This document shows positions 13,581-27,439 of a DNA stretch of 64,000 nucleotides, in pieces. The position numbers were made by a program, and so were the translations under genes. The stretch is from Callorhinchus milii. Taxonomy: Eukaryota. The stretch spans positions 60,576,001 to 60,640,000 of the forward strand of contig NW_024704742.1 in NCBI RefSeq assembly GCF_018977255.1, given 5' to 3'. A model generated the notes under the pieces. The model had not been told where the DNA came from. It ran no database searches and saw only the letters and a program-made list of their open reading frames with translations. Position 1 is the stretch's first letter, and each line of letters begins with the position of its first letter.

Positions 13581-15187
13581 AGACTGACATGATTATTATA
13601 AGATGTCTCAACTGTATAGAGGGATTAAATAAAACAGCCATCAGTAATTGTTTATGAAATCTAGGTTTTGTTTTGCAAGGATTATGATAGCTAAACCAAA
13701 AAGATTGAGCCATAAGTAATCCCACATAATTTAAAAATAATAATCCTTGGATTTTACACAGTGCTTTACCATGTTCATCGATGAATCTCACAGGATATAC
13801 AGCGTATATGTTGCATTGCTTTATTATAGTGCATTATTCAGAATGCAAGCTGACTGAATGTTTTTTTTCCAAAAACGCAAAGTGCATCAAGCCTATGTTA
13901 TACAAACGGGACAATTTTAGACAAAGATTTGATTGTTATTTAAAAGTTTAACTGTTACTGACAGCAAGCAATGAACAGTCAAATGCTTTGGATCAACAAA
14001 AAGTAAAACCCCAGTTTCCTCCCATTTTAATCCTTTAGCTAAAATTGACCATTCACTTCATTGCTATACGTGGGACATTGCTGTGAGTAAATTAGGTACC
14101 ATGTTTGTCTGCTAATGGAGTAGGAATGGTGGAGTGGGACTAGTTGGGTAGCTCTTTCAAAAAGTCAATGCAGGCACAATGGGCCGAATGGCCTCCTTCT
14201 GTGCTGTAAGATTCTATGAAATACAAAGCCTACTAAACTTTGTAATTCTTGCCAATTAGACAATTTCCCTACAAAGCCTTGCAAGATGTTTCAATGTTCT
14301 GGACCCTGTATCAAATTTAAGGCTTATTATTATTGGAACTGCTCTTGGATCCTCCTAGTGGCTGAATGCACGGCAGCGTTAGTTGATTTCCCAGAGCAGG
14401 TTGTCGACCCAATAGTATATTGTTCATTGTGATAAAAAAAGGATTTCTTTTAAAAAACCAAACAAAATGTTAATTAAAACAGTATTCATGTTCAGACATG
14501 AATATTCATTTGGGACATGATTTCTTTTCAGTGGAATTTAAAATTTTTTAAAAATTCCACATTTTAAAAATTCCACATGGTATTTTTGATAAAAATCAGC
14601 TCCATCAATCACACTTAAAATAAGAATGAGCGATCTTATCCTTCCTAGACATGTTTTGCAATTGGCTCTTGTCCCTAGTTACAATTACCTCCCTGTTTTT
14701 CATGAAACAACTATGAGTAAGAATATGTAAATGATTGATCAAGGAAAGTCTAATATTTTCTCTGGAAAAATTCCATTTTGCCATAAGCTCAAATGTTTTG
14801 GTAATTGTCCAGATTTCATAAGCAGGTGCACTTTGCTGTCAAAAAAACAATATTTGAGAAATGTTGACATACCTTTCATAATAATGTAAAGAGTTACCAC
14901 AAAAATACCTTTCACATAGGATAACATTCAAAGTGCTTTATGGGGTTCACCAAGCAAGGTGGAGGGGGAAGGAGATTTGAGGATGTTGGAGATTTGAGGA
15001 TGTTAGCCCACAAAGCACACATCAATGCTCTTTCCATATATATGTGGATGACACCCAACTCTATCTTTCTGCCTCCACCCTCAACGCCAGGGCCATTGCT
15101 GTCCTGACAGACTGTCTGTCGGACATCAAGTCCTGGATGAGGGCAAATTTCCTACAGTTGAATGTGAACAAGACTGAGGCCCTCCTG

Positions 15188-16795
15188 ACCCGAGCACCCT
15201 CGCCCCCTCCCTCCCTCCCCCCTCCTCTCTCCCCCCAAACCCTCCCCACTCTGCATCTCTCCCGCTCTGTCCTCCTCTCTTTCCGTCCCTCTCGCCTTCT
15301 ATCCCCACTTGACCCTCCCACAACCTTCCTCTGTTCCAGCCTGGGAATCCTCCGCTGGGCTCACCGTGGCACTCGGCGTTGGCTGTCCAGCAGCAGCCAC
15401 ACCGACTGCCCCATTCCCCACCACACTCGCCAGCCACCCCGGACACAGACCCGGGGAGCCAACCTCTCCTCCCTCATCCCCATTCCCCCCACCCCTGCTT
15501 CACAACCTGGAGCCCCCTCCCCTCCCCACACACCCTTCGGTCAACCGCTCCCTCCACATCAGACTACAAAATGTCCGCACCCTCTGTAACAAGGCCCTGG
15601 TCATCAACGATCTCATCCTTGATGAGAGCGTTGACATCATGGCCTTAACGGAAACCTGGCTCACCCCAGGCGACACCTTCCCCCTCACGGAGACCACACC
15701 ACCCGGCTACACCTCCCACCACATCCCTCGCCCCAATCGCCGTGGCGGTGGTGTAGCCCTTATCTCAAGGCCACCACTTGCCCTATCCCCCTACTCCTCT
15801 GGCTCTTTCCCTTCTTTTGAACACCTCACCCTCTCCCACCCCTCCTTTCTCTCACTCAAAATCCTCATCCTCTATCGGCCCCCTAAAACCTCTCCCACCT
15901 TCATCTCCGATATTTCTACCCTACTAACATTTCTCTGCCTCTGCTCTGATCGCCTCATCATTCTGGGTGACTTCAAACTGCACTTCACCCCCTCCTGCTC
16001 CATCTCCTCGGACTTCTCCTCCCTGCTCTCCTCGCTCAACCTCTCCCTCCACATCAACTCCGCCACTCACAGTCACGGCCACCCACTCGATTTGGTGATC
16101 ACCCTGGGCCTCAGTGTCTCGGATGTCACCATTACCGACAAGGACGTCTCCGATCACCATTTCATCTCCTTCACCACACTTTATCACCTCAAGGCTGGAC
16201 TATGGGAACTCTCTCCTCGCCGGCCTTCCCGGCACCTCCCTCCACAAGCTGCAGATCATTCAGAACTCTGCAGCTCGTGTACTGTCCCGCACCAGGCTTC
16301 GGGACCACATCACTCTCACCCTCGCTCGCCTCCACTGGCTCCCCATCCCCCAGAGGATCGAATTCAAGATCCTCATCCTCACCTACAAGGCCATTCATGG
16401 CCTCGCTCCCTCCTACCTCTCCGACCTACTATCCCCCTACTTACCTGCCCGTATCCTCCGTTCCTCTTGCTCCGGTCTGCTCCACATCCCCCGCCCCAAC
16501 CGCCCTACCATCGGTGGCCGAGCCTTCAACCTCTCAGCCCCAAGGCTCTGGAACTCTATCCCCCAGTGCCTTCGCTGCTTCCTCCCCTTCCTCCTTCAAG
16601 GCCGGTTTCAAGACCTTTCTCTTTGACCGTGCCTTCAGCTCCCCTCTCGACTCTCTACCCCCTCCTCGCTCCCTCCCTTCCCTCCCCTTACCCTGACCAT
16701 TTCGCCCCTGCTCGGGTCCTGACCCAACTGTCCAGCACCTTGGGATGTCCTCCTGACATGAAAGGCGCTCTATAAATGAAATCTTGTTGTTGTTG
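15188..16795 (+). mobile_element. Nested, internally deleted L2 (5' region + endonuclease + RT C-terminus + 3'UTR)
   Basis: Has its own 3' stem-loop and (TTG)n tail at ~16735-16795; endonuclease joins [13 protein letters not shown] directly at ~16178. Confidence 0.9.
15540..16175 (+). pseudogene. L2 ORF2 apurinic-like (APE/EEP) endonuclease domain, stop-free
   Basis: ORF 15309-16775 contains LQNVR, ALTETWL, RGGGVA, LYRPP, LGDFK (canonical GDFN), HPLDLV and VSDHH motifs. Confidence 0.9.
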
Positions 16796-18004
16796 TTTGG
16801 TTCGTGCCAGCACCTCTGCACCTCAGGCTCTGGCAACCTCAACCTCCATGGTTGCACACTTCAACTCACCAGCCAGTCAGGAACCTTGGTGTCTTGTTCG
16901 ACTCTCAACTGTCTTTTCTTCTCCACATCTAAGCCATTACCCTCTCTGCCTTCGCTCACCTCCGTAACATCGCCCGACTCTGCCACTACCTCACCCCTCA
17001 GGCCGCTGAAACTCTTGTTCATGCCTTCATCACCTCCAGGCACAACTATGCAAATGCCCTGCTTGTCGGCGTTCCCAACTCCTCCCTCCACAGGCTGCAG
17101 ATAATCCAGAACTCTGCAGCTCGTGTCCTCTCCCGCACCAAACTCCGTGACCCCATCTCCCTCCTCGCCCGACTCCATTGGTTCCCTATCCTTCAGAGGA
17201 TCCAGTTCAAGATCCTGTTCTTCTCCTACAAAGCCCTCCATGGCCTCACCCCACCCTACCTCTGTGACCTCCTAACACCCTACTAACCCGCCCGTTCCCT
17301 CCGCTCAGCCGGCTCTGGCCTGCTCCACGTCCCCCGACCCACCCGCCCCACGATTAGCGGGAGAGCCTTCAGCCACTCTGCCCCCAAACTCTGGAATTCC
17401 ATCCCCCAATCACTCTGCCTTGCCTCCCCCTTAGCCTCCTTCAAGTCCCACCTTGAAACCCTCCTCTTAGACCATGTAATCGGTCACCCCCCTTCCCATC
17501 CCCCTCCCTTCTCCCCCCACCCCAACTCCAACTCGGGTCTGAAATGCTTTACACTGTCCAGTGCCTTGGAATGTCCTCCCAACATGAAAGTCGCGATACA
17601 AATGTAATCTTGTTGTTGTTGTTACGTTATGTACTGTGAAGCGTTTACATTTTGTAATGCCTCCCAACATGAAAGGTGCTATATTAAATGAAAGGATTAT
17701 CATTATTAAAGCTAAAGTCAAAGAGGTACGTTTTTGGAAAAGTTTTAAAAGCAGGAAGAGATATTCTAAACAAATACGTAAACACCTGTTGTCAAAGCTC
17801 CTCCAGATAAAATTGGTCACTCACTCCATAGCTGTTGGTTGGACATGGCTGTGAACAAATCAGTTACCTCATCCACCCACAAAATACACAGTCAACTCAT
17901 TTTCCAGTGTATGCTGTGAAGCATTTTGAGATGCCTCGAAGATATGATAAGGTGCTATATCAAATGCAATGATTATTATTATTATCCTATAGTCCAGAGC
18001 TATA

Positions 18005-18100
18005 GTACAAAAGCAGCAAAATAGGTGCAGGTCAGGCAGCATCCATGGAGAGAGGAAAATGAGTTAACGTTTCAAGTCAATGACCTTTCGTCAGAACTGT
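18005..18100 (-). mobile_element. Penelope-like element terminal fragment with minimal hammerhead core
   Basis: Reverse strand reads AGTT-CTGACGA-A-AGGTC-ATT-GACTT-GAAA-CGTT-AACT..CTCCATGGATGCTGCCTGACCTG; homologous to 34250-34352 and 59395-59530. Confidence 0.75.
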
Positions 18101-18399
18101 GTCAAGCTTCTTCAGATATTTATCAGAAACCCTGAGGTGAAATTTACATTTTTTTTCCACCCAAAAAAAACCCCAAAGCACAAATTGTTGCATATGTAGA
18201 TGGTATTCTTACACATTTTTTGTTAAAATATCCAAAACCTTTTTTTAAACCCCTTGCGATTTTGGTCCTGATCCAGGAAGCATTTTTTGTCTCCCCTCTA
18301 GTGATCTACCTAATTACAACAAATTCAGCTTATATAACATCTTTCATGTTGGGAGGATATCCCAAGGTGCTGGTTAATAAAACTAGTGAAATAAATAAT

Positions 18400-18838
18400 A
18401 ACAAAATAATAAACTTTGGATTTAATGTAGCACCTTTCACATTGAGGAAAGGTCAGAGGAGCTTCACAGGAATTCCAGCTTCAAAGGAATTACCATATAG
18501 TGTTAGTGACTGTGTACTTCAAAGGGAAACTCTGCAGACAATTTGAGCACAGGAGTATCCCACAAACAACTTTGAAGTGAATGACCAATTTTATTAGGAG
18601 AATTGTGAGCCAGGACATCAGGAGAAACTCCCCTCTTTTTTCAAATAGTGACGTGCAATCCTTCATGTCCACATTGGTTTAGCATCTCATCCGAACAACA
18701 GCATCTATGCAAAAGCAACACTCCCCCAGCAATGCTTTGACCTGTCGGCCTAGACAATATGAGTTCAATGTCCCAATAAGGGGCTTCGACCCACAACCTT
18801 CTGACTCAGAAGCAAGAGTGCTACTATCTGAGTCACCG
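18400..18838 (-). mobile_element. SINE family B, near full length
   Basis: Head CCCACAACCTTCTGACTCAGAAGCAAGAGTGCTAC on the minus strand, with core and tail. Confidence 0.8.
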
Positions 18839-19259
18839 AAACATATTTAATTAATCTGTTATCAATTGACACCATCTCAACTGAGGTGCTTGTTAAAACA
18901 AGAGTTGGAGCAGCAGTCACAACAAGCAGTGCTGGCACAGTGGAATGAGCCTGCTGTTTTCTGGCATTGTGCCTGTATTTCATTCATTTGCTGCCGGGCT
19001 ATTCCTTAGTCTTACTGGAAATGAACATTCTTACACAATGCATAGTCTGTTTCTTCTTTATCTACATGTTTTTAAGAATCAAGAATCACTTTTCTGACTG
19101 TTATCTTTATTATTGATGTTTCAAAGATTGTTTTCATGATTCTGGAGGCATATATTTTCTTAAATTGTCATAAAGAAAAACTGCAGTGTCTTTCCTCTCT
19201 ACAAGTCTGTTATAACCACTACACGTTGAATGCACTGCTTAACTGCTTATTAAAAATCC

Positions 19260-19935
19260 TTGATAGCTGAACTACTTATGGGGCAGTCATTCACCGTTGG
19301 TCAGACTGGTTTGTAGAGAATCAAGTTAAGTGTGTAACTTCCACATTCAGAAATTTGAATAAGATGTGCAGATGTGAGTTAATTGGGACAGTTTAATAGC
19401 TTGGAAATCTGAGGGTTTAACATTCAAATCTTTGTTCACAGTTTCCCCTTAACATCCTTTGTAACCTGCTCTACTCCTCACTGAGAAATGTGGAACATTG
19501 TAAAACTCAAGGGTAATCCACTTACATTGCATTCAGTGATTTCCATAAGGTTTTGACCCAGGACCTTATGAAGCCATCTGGAAGAAGCTGGAAGCTATGA
19601 CATTCTTGGACAATTCTTAGATTTTATCTGGATGTGTATTCCGTGATGCAACTCACTGAGGTTATCCCTCTTGAGTTTATCCCTCTTGAAACTGAATAAG
19701 GCAAAATTGTCCTTTGTCAACAACCCAATTCAATGGACTTACCAGTGATGTATTGGGTGGCATGAGGAGAGATGGTGTATCTATTCTAAGCAAAAATATT
19801 TATTATTCTTCTATTTACAGATGAGATTGAGCTGCTGGCAGACTCACTTGGGGATTGCGTGCATTGCACTCCTATCTTCAATGGGCCACCAAGTGGGACA
19901 TGATTGTGGGTGCCTCTAGGTGTGATATTATGGCT
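19260..19935 (+). mobile_element. Highly decayed LINE reverse transcriptase core (RTE/RTEX-like)
   Basis: With frameshifts: QTGF; YIAFSDFHK-FDPGPYEAIWKKLEA; IRQNCPLSTTQFN (cf. GVRQGCPLSPxLFN); IILLFTDEIELLADS (cf. LLFADD); WATKWDMIVGASRCDIM. Motifs are in the correct order. Confidence 0.75.
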
Positions 19936-20909
19936 CTGCATTGCTCAAGAGGGGACCTTGAAGATTTCAATTGGATGAAAAGGGCATGCAATGTGCTGCA
20001 AATTATCAAATTGTGTTTACTTACAAAACAATTACAACTTGTGAAGCTTTGAGAGAATTTGACATGGCAAGGCACCATAAAATTAAACTTCTTTCTTCCC
20101 ATTTTGGAGGGATGTTGGTTAACCAGCACATTTGGAATACAGGAATGTTGCTAAAGACAAGGCTTTATAAGTCACTACAAGATGAAAGGGATATTAATCC
20201 GCATCAGGAGGAGACAGAGCCCTGAAATGGTGCCAATGTGGAATGAATAATTCAATTAGTTTATACTGGCAAAGTTAAAAAGATTTTGACATACAGTACA
20301 AAAAAAAGCTTGTCATAAAATGTATGGCCTCATGTGGAATTTGCATCGGCTGAGGCTGGGATGCAGCCAAATGGGGTTGGGGATCACACTCACGTTGTAC
20401 AGGATGGTGGAGCCTGAGGTGAGAAACAGCAGCACAGAGGCTGTCGGCTGCAGCAGGAGAATGGGAAGCCTGGACCTCCCCTAGTGAAATAATCAAGACA
20501 GCCTGCAGAAGGAAAGCCTGGAGATCATCATTGGAATGAGCCTAAAGATGGTATAAGAGGTGTTCCTGCAACCAGGAATCTGGAGAGGAACAGGTAAGAG
20601 AGCTGATGTCACTTACTATGGGTACCCTCGACATGGAGTTTACCTGATCTGTTGATGACGCACCTAATAAAATTGACATGTTTCTTCATCAACTATGGCT
20701 GGCAACTATGGCTGTTCTTCTGTGGCACCCCCATGCCTGCTACAATATTATAACCAAATAGATTTGGAAACAGTGAAAATGTGTACAGTTCAAGACTGCA
20801 AAGTATTAAAGTTACTCATTGCAAGAGAGAATGATTTTCTGAAGGCTGAGGGGCATTTTACAATTACATTTACATTTATAGACATTTAGGGCTCTATACA
20901 AGTGTAATG

Positions 20910-21410
20910 TGGTGTTGTTGATTGGCTCCCACGAGTGCCTCCACTCCTCAGGCGCTGACAGCATCACCATCCATGGTTGCACACTCCACCTTACTAAGCC
21001 AGTCCGGAACTTTAGCATCTTGTTTGACCCTCAACTATCCTTTCTACCGCATATCCGTGTCATGTCCCGCTCTGCCTTCCCCACCTCCGCAACATCGCCC
21101 GGCTCCGCCACTGTTTCACACCGCAGGCTGCTGAAACCCTCATACATACATTCATAACATCGAGGCTTGACTATACAAACGTCTTGCCTGTCAGCCTCCC
21201 CAACTCCTCCCTCCATAGGCTACAGATCATCCAGAAATCTGCAGCCCATGTCCTTTCCCGCACTAGGCTCCGTCCCTCTATCACCCCCATCCTCGCCCGA
21301 CTCCACTGGCTTCCCATCACTCAGAGGATACAGTTCAAGCTCCTGGTCCTCACCTTCAAAGCCCTCCATGGTCTTGCTCCCCCCTACCTCTGCGACCTTC
21401 TGTTGTTGTT
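20910..21410 (+). mobile_element. L2 RT C-terminal fragment
   Basis: VRNFSILFDPQLSF..LQIIQKSAAHVL..LHWLPITQRIQFKLL. Confidence 0.9.
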
Positions 21411-21414
21411 GTAA

Positions 21415-21620
21415 TATTCACCAGAACAGGCAGAACCTCCGTGCAACATTTCATTCCAAATACAGAAATATACAACAAAATAACAATGTAGCACACCCTC
21501 AACATTGCACTGTAGTTTCAATCAAGGAAATGTGAGATCAAAGTCCTTATAAGAGGCCTTAGAACTCACAACCTTCTGATTCAGGGATGAGAGTGCTACA
21601 AAATGAATTTGGTTGACACC
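21415..21620 (-). mobile_element. SINE family B, 5' part
   Basis: ACAACCTTCTGATTCAGGGATGAGAGTGCTAC head on the minus strand. Confidence 0.65.
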
Positions 21621-21692
21621 TTAAGAGGGGTTCAGCCTTTGTGATCAGTCACCATGGTAAGGTATTTATATATGCTGTTTTCCTATTACATA

Positions 21693-22050
21693 AAACAACA
21701 ACAAGATTACATTTGTATAGCGTCTTTCATGTCAGGAGGACGTCCCAAGGCGCTGGACGATGTACCGCATTTCAGACCCGAGCTGGGGTCAGGGGAGGGG
21801 AAGGGAGGGGAGGGGAAGGTGGGTGGCCAATGGCATGGTCGAAGAGGAGGGTTTTGTGGTGGGATTTGAAGGAGGCTAAGGAGGGGGCGAGGCGGAGTGA
21901 TTGGGGGATGGAATTCCAGAGGTTGGGGGCAGAGTGGCTGAAGGCTCTCCCACCAATGGTGGGGCGGGTGGGTTGGGGGATGTGGAGCAGGCCAGAGTCG
22001 GCTGAGCGGAGGGAACGGGTGGGTCGGTAGGGGTTTAGCAGGTCGCAGAT
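21693..22050 (-). mobile_element. L2 3' end
   Basis: (CAA)n-GATTACATTTGTATAGCGTCTTTCATGTCAGGAGGACGTCCCAAGGCGCTGG; matches 17270-17620. Confidence 0.9.
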
Positions 22051-23944
22051 TAAAACTTAATACACTGTGATTCAGCGCCACTTCCACTTGAATTTGGTAA
22101 TTCAATTGTGGGAGCTGGTTGCTTAAAGCAAAACTGCCATCTCTGGAACAGTTCATTTTTAAATGGTAAAATCAAATTGCTAAATTTGTACATCTTGCGT
22201 CTATGAAGAACTTGCAGGGTTTTCATGCAGTTAAGATGCTATGCAAATAAAAGCATATCTTGGAGGCTTAGTTTCTATCAAAACTATTAGGCTGTAGCTT
22301 GAATAAGTTTTTTTATCTCATCATATCCCCTTGATGTTTTAATACTTTGTAACCGCTCCAAGTCTGCATGTTATCCTACATGTACGTTCTTGTTATCCTT
22401 CCATGCCCATTTCAAGCATCATAACTTTAAAACTAAAGAAAAAGAGAAGTTGCAAGATGACAGGTAGCACAGTAGTCAATGAACTGAAGAATTCAAAATA
22501 TTACAAACTACTTATTTTGTCTGTGTTATATCAATTTTGTCTCTTTGCTCTTGTGTGTCTGTTAGCTGACTGAGATAGAACCCAACTGTAAACGAACTTT
22601 CAAACCTCACTGAGATATTCTGTATAAATAGCCATGCACCATTATTTGAAGAGGCATGACCTGCTATCCTTGCCAGACCTTGGTACATGTGGGGAGTCTG
22701 GTATTTTAAGAACTTTCATAAGTTTTTAAAAAAAGACTGTCTCAGGAGTAAAAGAGAAAATGATGGGAGGAAAGAGTTTCAGAGTTCGGACTGACATTGC
22801 AATTGCAAAAGCACTCTCTGGGAAATCAGCTCTGACAGTATCTTCTTTCGGATCAAAGTTGCTATAGGTTGACAAGAATTCTAATGTGATTTCTTCATAG
22901 AAAATCTACTTAAGAAATATGCAAATTTGTCTATGAAACATTGTCAATTTTGAGCAAGAAAATGGATTGTTTTGTTCTCAATCGTCTGAATAAGAGTAAC
23001 TAAAGCAGTCTCATACCCTGTGCTTATGCACAAGGAGACGGCCTTGTTGTTATCAGTTTGTTAGTACATAGGGTCATGGTAATGGACTTTGGTTGGTATT
23101 ACTTTACCATGTGTGACTTTCCTATCAATACAAATCAAATGAATCAAATCCAAATCCAAAGAAGCCTTTGTTTCAGGTCAATACTTTGCTAGGGTTCAAT
23201 CAAAATGCTAAAGGTAGTTTAGCAGGTAAAATAATCATGCTTTTCTCCAAAAGATTTCTCAAGGCAGTTGCCAAATCAAACACACTCTCAGGTTCCTGTT
23301 GTACAACTTCCAGTATGTAGGATGCATGATGTAATTTTAGCTGTCAGATTTCAGGAGTCCCAGAACATCTGTTTCTGTTTGTAGTAAAAGTGAACCCAGT
23401 TCTTGTGCTCAGTATATTTATAGCTACCCATTTGCAGGTTACTGGACAAAAAGTAAAACCTCCCATCAGCTTTGAGTGATTACTGACTAGTATTTGTGGA
23501 TTTATCTTTGAAGAAAGTTCTTATGGAACAGATCAGCTTTGATCATGTTTAATCTACTGCAGCTGACTCATAACACCATCTTGAAAATTCAAAAGCTGCT
23601 TGTAAGGCATGGCCTCAAAGGAAATTCATTCTTGTTTTTTTCCGAAATGTAAAAGGTTGTTTATATAAAGCAATAGGAGCATGAATGTGTTCTATACTTC
23701 TACATCTATAAAAGTGCTTATCCATGTTGCGACTACATTAGCCTGCTTGCAAAGCATATTAAAAATCTATTGTTTGTTTTAACCAACGTACTTTATTACA
23801 AAATAATTACATTTTTAGTTCCGTTATAACATTGTTGATTTTCCTGAGTATCTTGACTATTACAGTTGTCTCGCAGATTATCTTCTCAATTTCTAGGATA
23901 TGAATGATGATCTCTGTATTGACTAGAGAATAATAAGAACAAGA

Positions 23945-24345
23945 TTAATAATGTTTGCATTTGACATAGCACCTTTTAGTTCGGGAGGATGTTTCAAAAC
24001 ACTTCTCAGGATTCCCTGCAAAGTGTAGTGACTGTATATTCCGTAGGCAAATGTGGCAACCAATTATCCATGAAGTGAATAAGCAATCTAGTTTGGGGGA
24101 TTATTGGCCAAAATGTTAGGAAAACTTTCTTCCCTTTCGAATAGTGCTATGGGATCTTTAACATCCATCAGAACTGGTAGATGGGACCTCAGTTTAACTT
24201 CTCATCTCCACCTCCAGCAATGGAGTATTCCACGAGCACTGCACTGGAGTGTCACCCTACGTTGTGAGTTCAATTTCCTGATGTGCAAATTGAACCCTCA
24301 ACCTTCTGACTCAGAGGTGAGAATGCTACAAAATAAACCAGGATA
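23945..24345 (-). mobile_element. SINE family B, near full length
   Basis: Tail, GAATAGTGCTATGGGATCTTTAACATCCA core, AACCTTCTGACTCAGAGGTGAGAATGCTAC head. Confidence 0.85.
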
Positions 24346-25892
24346 GTCTCATAACAAGCAACATAAAGCAATATTTGTATGATCTTACGTCAACAGTCAA
24401 TGGTAAGATTCATAGAGGATGGAAATTTCCATACTTGGGGATGAAAAGATAATCTCTCGTGCCTTGCACTGTTTTCTCAGACATGGCCAATGCTTCTACA
24501 ATTAAAAGTATATATTTTTTGGATTTTAATATGTTTTCTTGCCCCTGAAAGATTTACATCATGTTAAAAATGGTGTGAGTCATTTGCTTACGAGTTGATA
24601 AGATATGGAAAGCACCTGCACTGCCAAGTCTGTGTGGGATTTCCTCCAGAACTAATAGGAAATCCCATGCAGAAGAATCCTCCTCCTTACAAAATTAAAA
24701 AACAACCTGAACATTTCCATGTCCTGCCAAGTACGCAAACATACTACATGCTGAAAATAAAATTGTTCCACTGTATGACCACAACTGACCTAAATATAAA
24801 GCTCTACATCTGCAGTATGTTGCATCTGCCTATCCTGAGTTCATTTCACAGAAGGATCCATTTAATACAGGTTTGTTCCTATTGTTACAAATTAATGCTG
24901 AGAATTTTGCAAGTGAACATTTTGAGACCTTTCAAGATAAGTTGCTTTAAAAATTTACATTCTTGATTTCACTGAAAGCATCTAACAGTAATCTTGCAAT
25001 TGACATCCCTATACAGAAAGCTTTCTGGAAAATGCTATTAACACAATAAATTCAGCAGCTTGACTGGATCCAAAATTACAGATTAATCGTATTTTGACAC
25101 TTTTAACAATAAAGAATAAAACAGTGTTTTAATGAATCCGTTATCTACTCAGTAATTACAACGAGCTGTATGCAATAACCATATTTTTCTGGAAACGTGG
25201 CTCTAAAATGAATAATGATATGAAGAGCATTTGGAGACTGCTTGTGTATCTTGGCTTATGTAAAAGGATTGTCAAATTAATAGCAACACAGGAGCAGACT
25301 GCAGTATCAAACTGCTTTTTTACCCCTAAATCCCAGTGATTGTTGGAGGGAAGCCTATTGTGGTGTTTTTTCTTATTTCAGCACAATTGATTTCCATGGT
25401 TCGATGGTTTGGTTAAGAGATACAGTATTTGTAGTGATAGGTGAGTGATTTAATGAATCTGGAGTATTGTTCACAGAGCACTAACACTAAACACAACATA
25501 GAGAAGCTATTACTGTCACTGTGGTCATTCACATTACCAGATTGTAATCACTACAATACTGGAGTTTTATCATCATCAGTATATTGGAAGCATGCGATCA
25601 AGGACAGTTAATAGACTGGTTTATTTTGTTTTTATCGGTGAGATGAGGAATTTGATCTGCACGGTTTCAAATAAAAAAATATACATTGTGAAAAAGGTGC
25701 ACATGGCGGTCCTCATATGGTAATTATCCCACAAGAACTTCCCTTCCATTTTATTTGCCAGTTTGAAAACGTGTCTACATCTCGAAGTCTGCCTTGGGGT
25801 TCTGTGTATCTGCCAAGCTTTGACAGTGTGCCTCCTCAGAGGCAGTACAGCCACCAGGAGACCCCGTTTTTCAGAAATATTTGAGCCAAAAA

Positions 25893-26405
25893 TGCAGATC
25901 ATCTGGAACTCTGCAGCTCGGGTCCAATCTCGCTGCAGGCTCTGTGACCTTATCACTCCCACCCTGACCCGGCTCCACTTGTTCCCTATCTCCCAGAGGA
26001 TAGAGTTCAAAATCCTCGTCTTCACCTTCAAAGCCCTCCACGACCTTGGTCCTTCCAACCTCTGTGACTTGCTGCCCCCATATCAACCTGTTCCGCTCCC
26101 TCTGGCCTGCTCCACGTCCCTGCCTAGCCCACTCCACCAACAGTGGTCAGGTTTTCAGCCTCTCTGCCCCCACCCTCTGGAACTCCATTCCACAGTCCCT
26201 TCATCTTGCTCCCTCCCTTGCCTCGTTCAAGGCACGCTTCAAGACCCTTCTCTTCAACTGTGTCTTCGGCCAGCCTCCTTTCCCTACTCTGCCTGCCCTC
26301 CACCCTACCTGATCCCAACCCACTGCTCTAATTCCCTAACTGTCAAGTGACTTGAGATTTCCTCCCAATGTGAAAGGCTCCACACAAATGTAATTTGTTT
26401 TTGTT
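25893..26405 (+). mobile_element. L2 3' fragment
   Basis: [34 protein letters not shown]2 tail. Confidence 0.9.
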
Positions 26406-26779
26406 GATTTCATCAACTTTGATTGGGATGGGATGTTCATGTGTATTGTTGATTTGTATCTTTGCATTTCTTTACTCATTCTACAGCTTGGTCTGTTCCA
26501 ATAATATTGCTCAGCAGCTAAGACATTGAAACAATATACTCCTGTGGCTTTCTCTGTTAGAATTTTGGAAGAGCAAAAAATATACTTATAAACATTCTCC
26601 ACGACCAGAATAAAACCCTTTTTGATTCAAATTAGAAGGAAAATGTGAACAGTTGTCCCAACCATAAGAAATGATATTAGTCAATAGTGCTGACCTAGTG
26701 AATGTGGAAAACAGGAGAGATGGAGGCTCCTATGAAGTTGAAACATGAATTATGAATTAGTTGGGTCAAATATACTCAC

Positions 26780-27280
26780 TCATTCTAAACTCCATACCCC
26801 CATCACACTAGTCCTTCCCAGGTTCTACTGGCTCCCTATCACAGAACAGATCAACTTCAAGATCCACACATAGTCTACAAGTCACTTCATACCTCCGATC
26901 TGCTTACTTCCCACTTCCCTCATCTGGCTCCGGGCTCCTGCTTGTCCCTGTCCCCTCCACTCCAACATTGGTGGCTGTGCTTTCAGCCACTACAACCTGA
27001 AACTATGGAACTCTCTCCCTCAATCCCTCCATCTTACCCCCTCCTTCCCCATTTTTAGATCATGCCTACCTCTTCAACCGTGCTTGTGGTAATCTCTCCC
27101 CGGCTCGGTTTCAGGCTCCACCAATGACAACAACAACTTGCATTTATATAGCTCCCTCCACGCAGGATAGAGTCTCAGAGCGTTTAAACCTTGACTATTC
27201 CAAATCAATAATGCCAATGTAAGTCCTCCAAAACGCTATCCCACATGAAGGGCACTATACAAATGCAAGTTGTTGTTGCA
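26780..27280 (+). mobile_element. Old L2 3' fragment with opposed L2 tails (27125-27185 minus, 27215-27280 plus)
   Basis: CTACTGGCTCCCTATCACAGAACAGATCAACTTCAAGATC..GCTTTCAGCCACT..TGGAACTCTCTCCC; same subfamily as 56137-56630. Confidence 0.75.
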
Positions 27281-27439
27281 GTTGACCTTAGAACCTTTTG
27301 GGTTTGGAATGGGAAAATCAGCCAGGGTTCCTGCTCCAAATTGATCTTAGACAAACTGCAATATTCTTGGAAATTGTTCAATGACCTGATCCCTTAAAAC
27401 CTAAACATTAGTCAAAGCCCATTGGCTCAAAAACAAAGT

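Larger units (their letters stand above)
15040..17623 (+). mobile_element. L2 LINE (host copy, 15040-15187 + 16796-17623): RT YVDD motif to 3' tail
   Basis: YVDDTQLYLS..LTDCLSDIKSWMRANFLQLNVNKTEALL continues after the insert as FGSCQHL..GCTLQL, collinear with the uninterrupted copy at 20910 (LLIGSHECL..GCTLHL); (TTG)n tail at 17610-17623. Confidence 0.9.

Noticed and set aside
15309..16775. 488-aa ORF as a host gene
   Set aside because: L2 endonuclease followed by out-of-frame L2 sequence.
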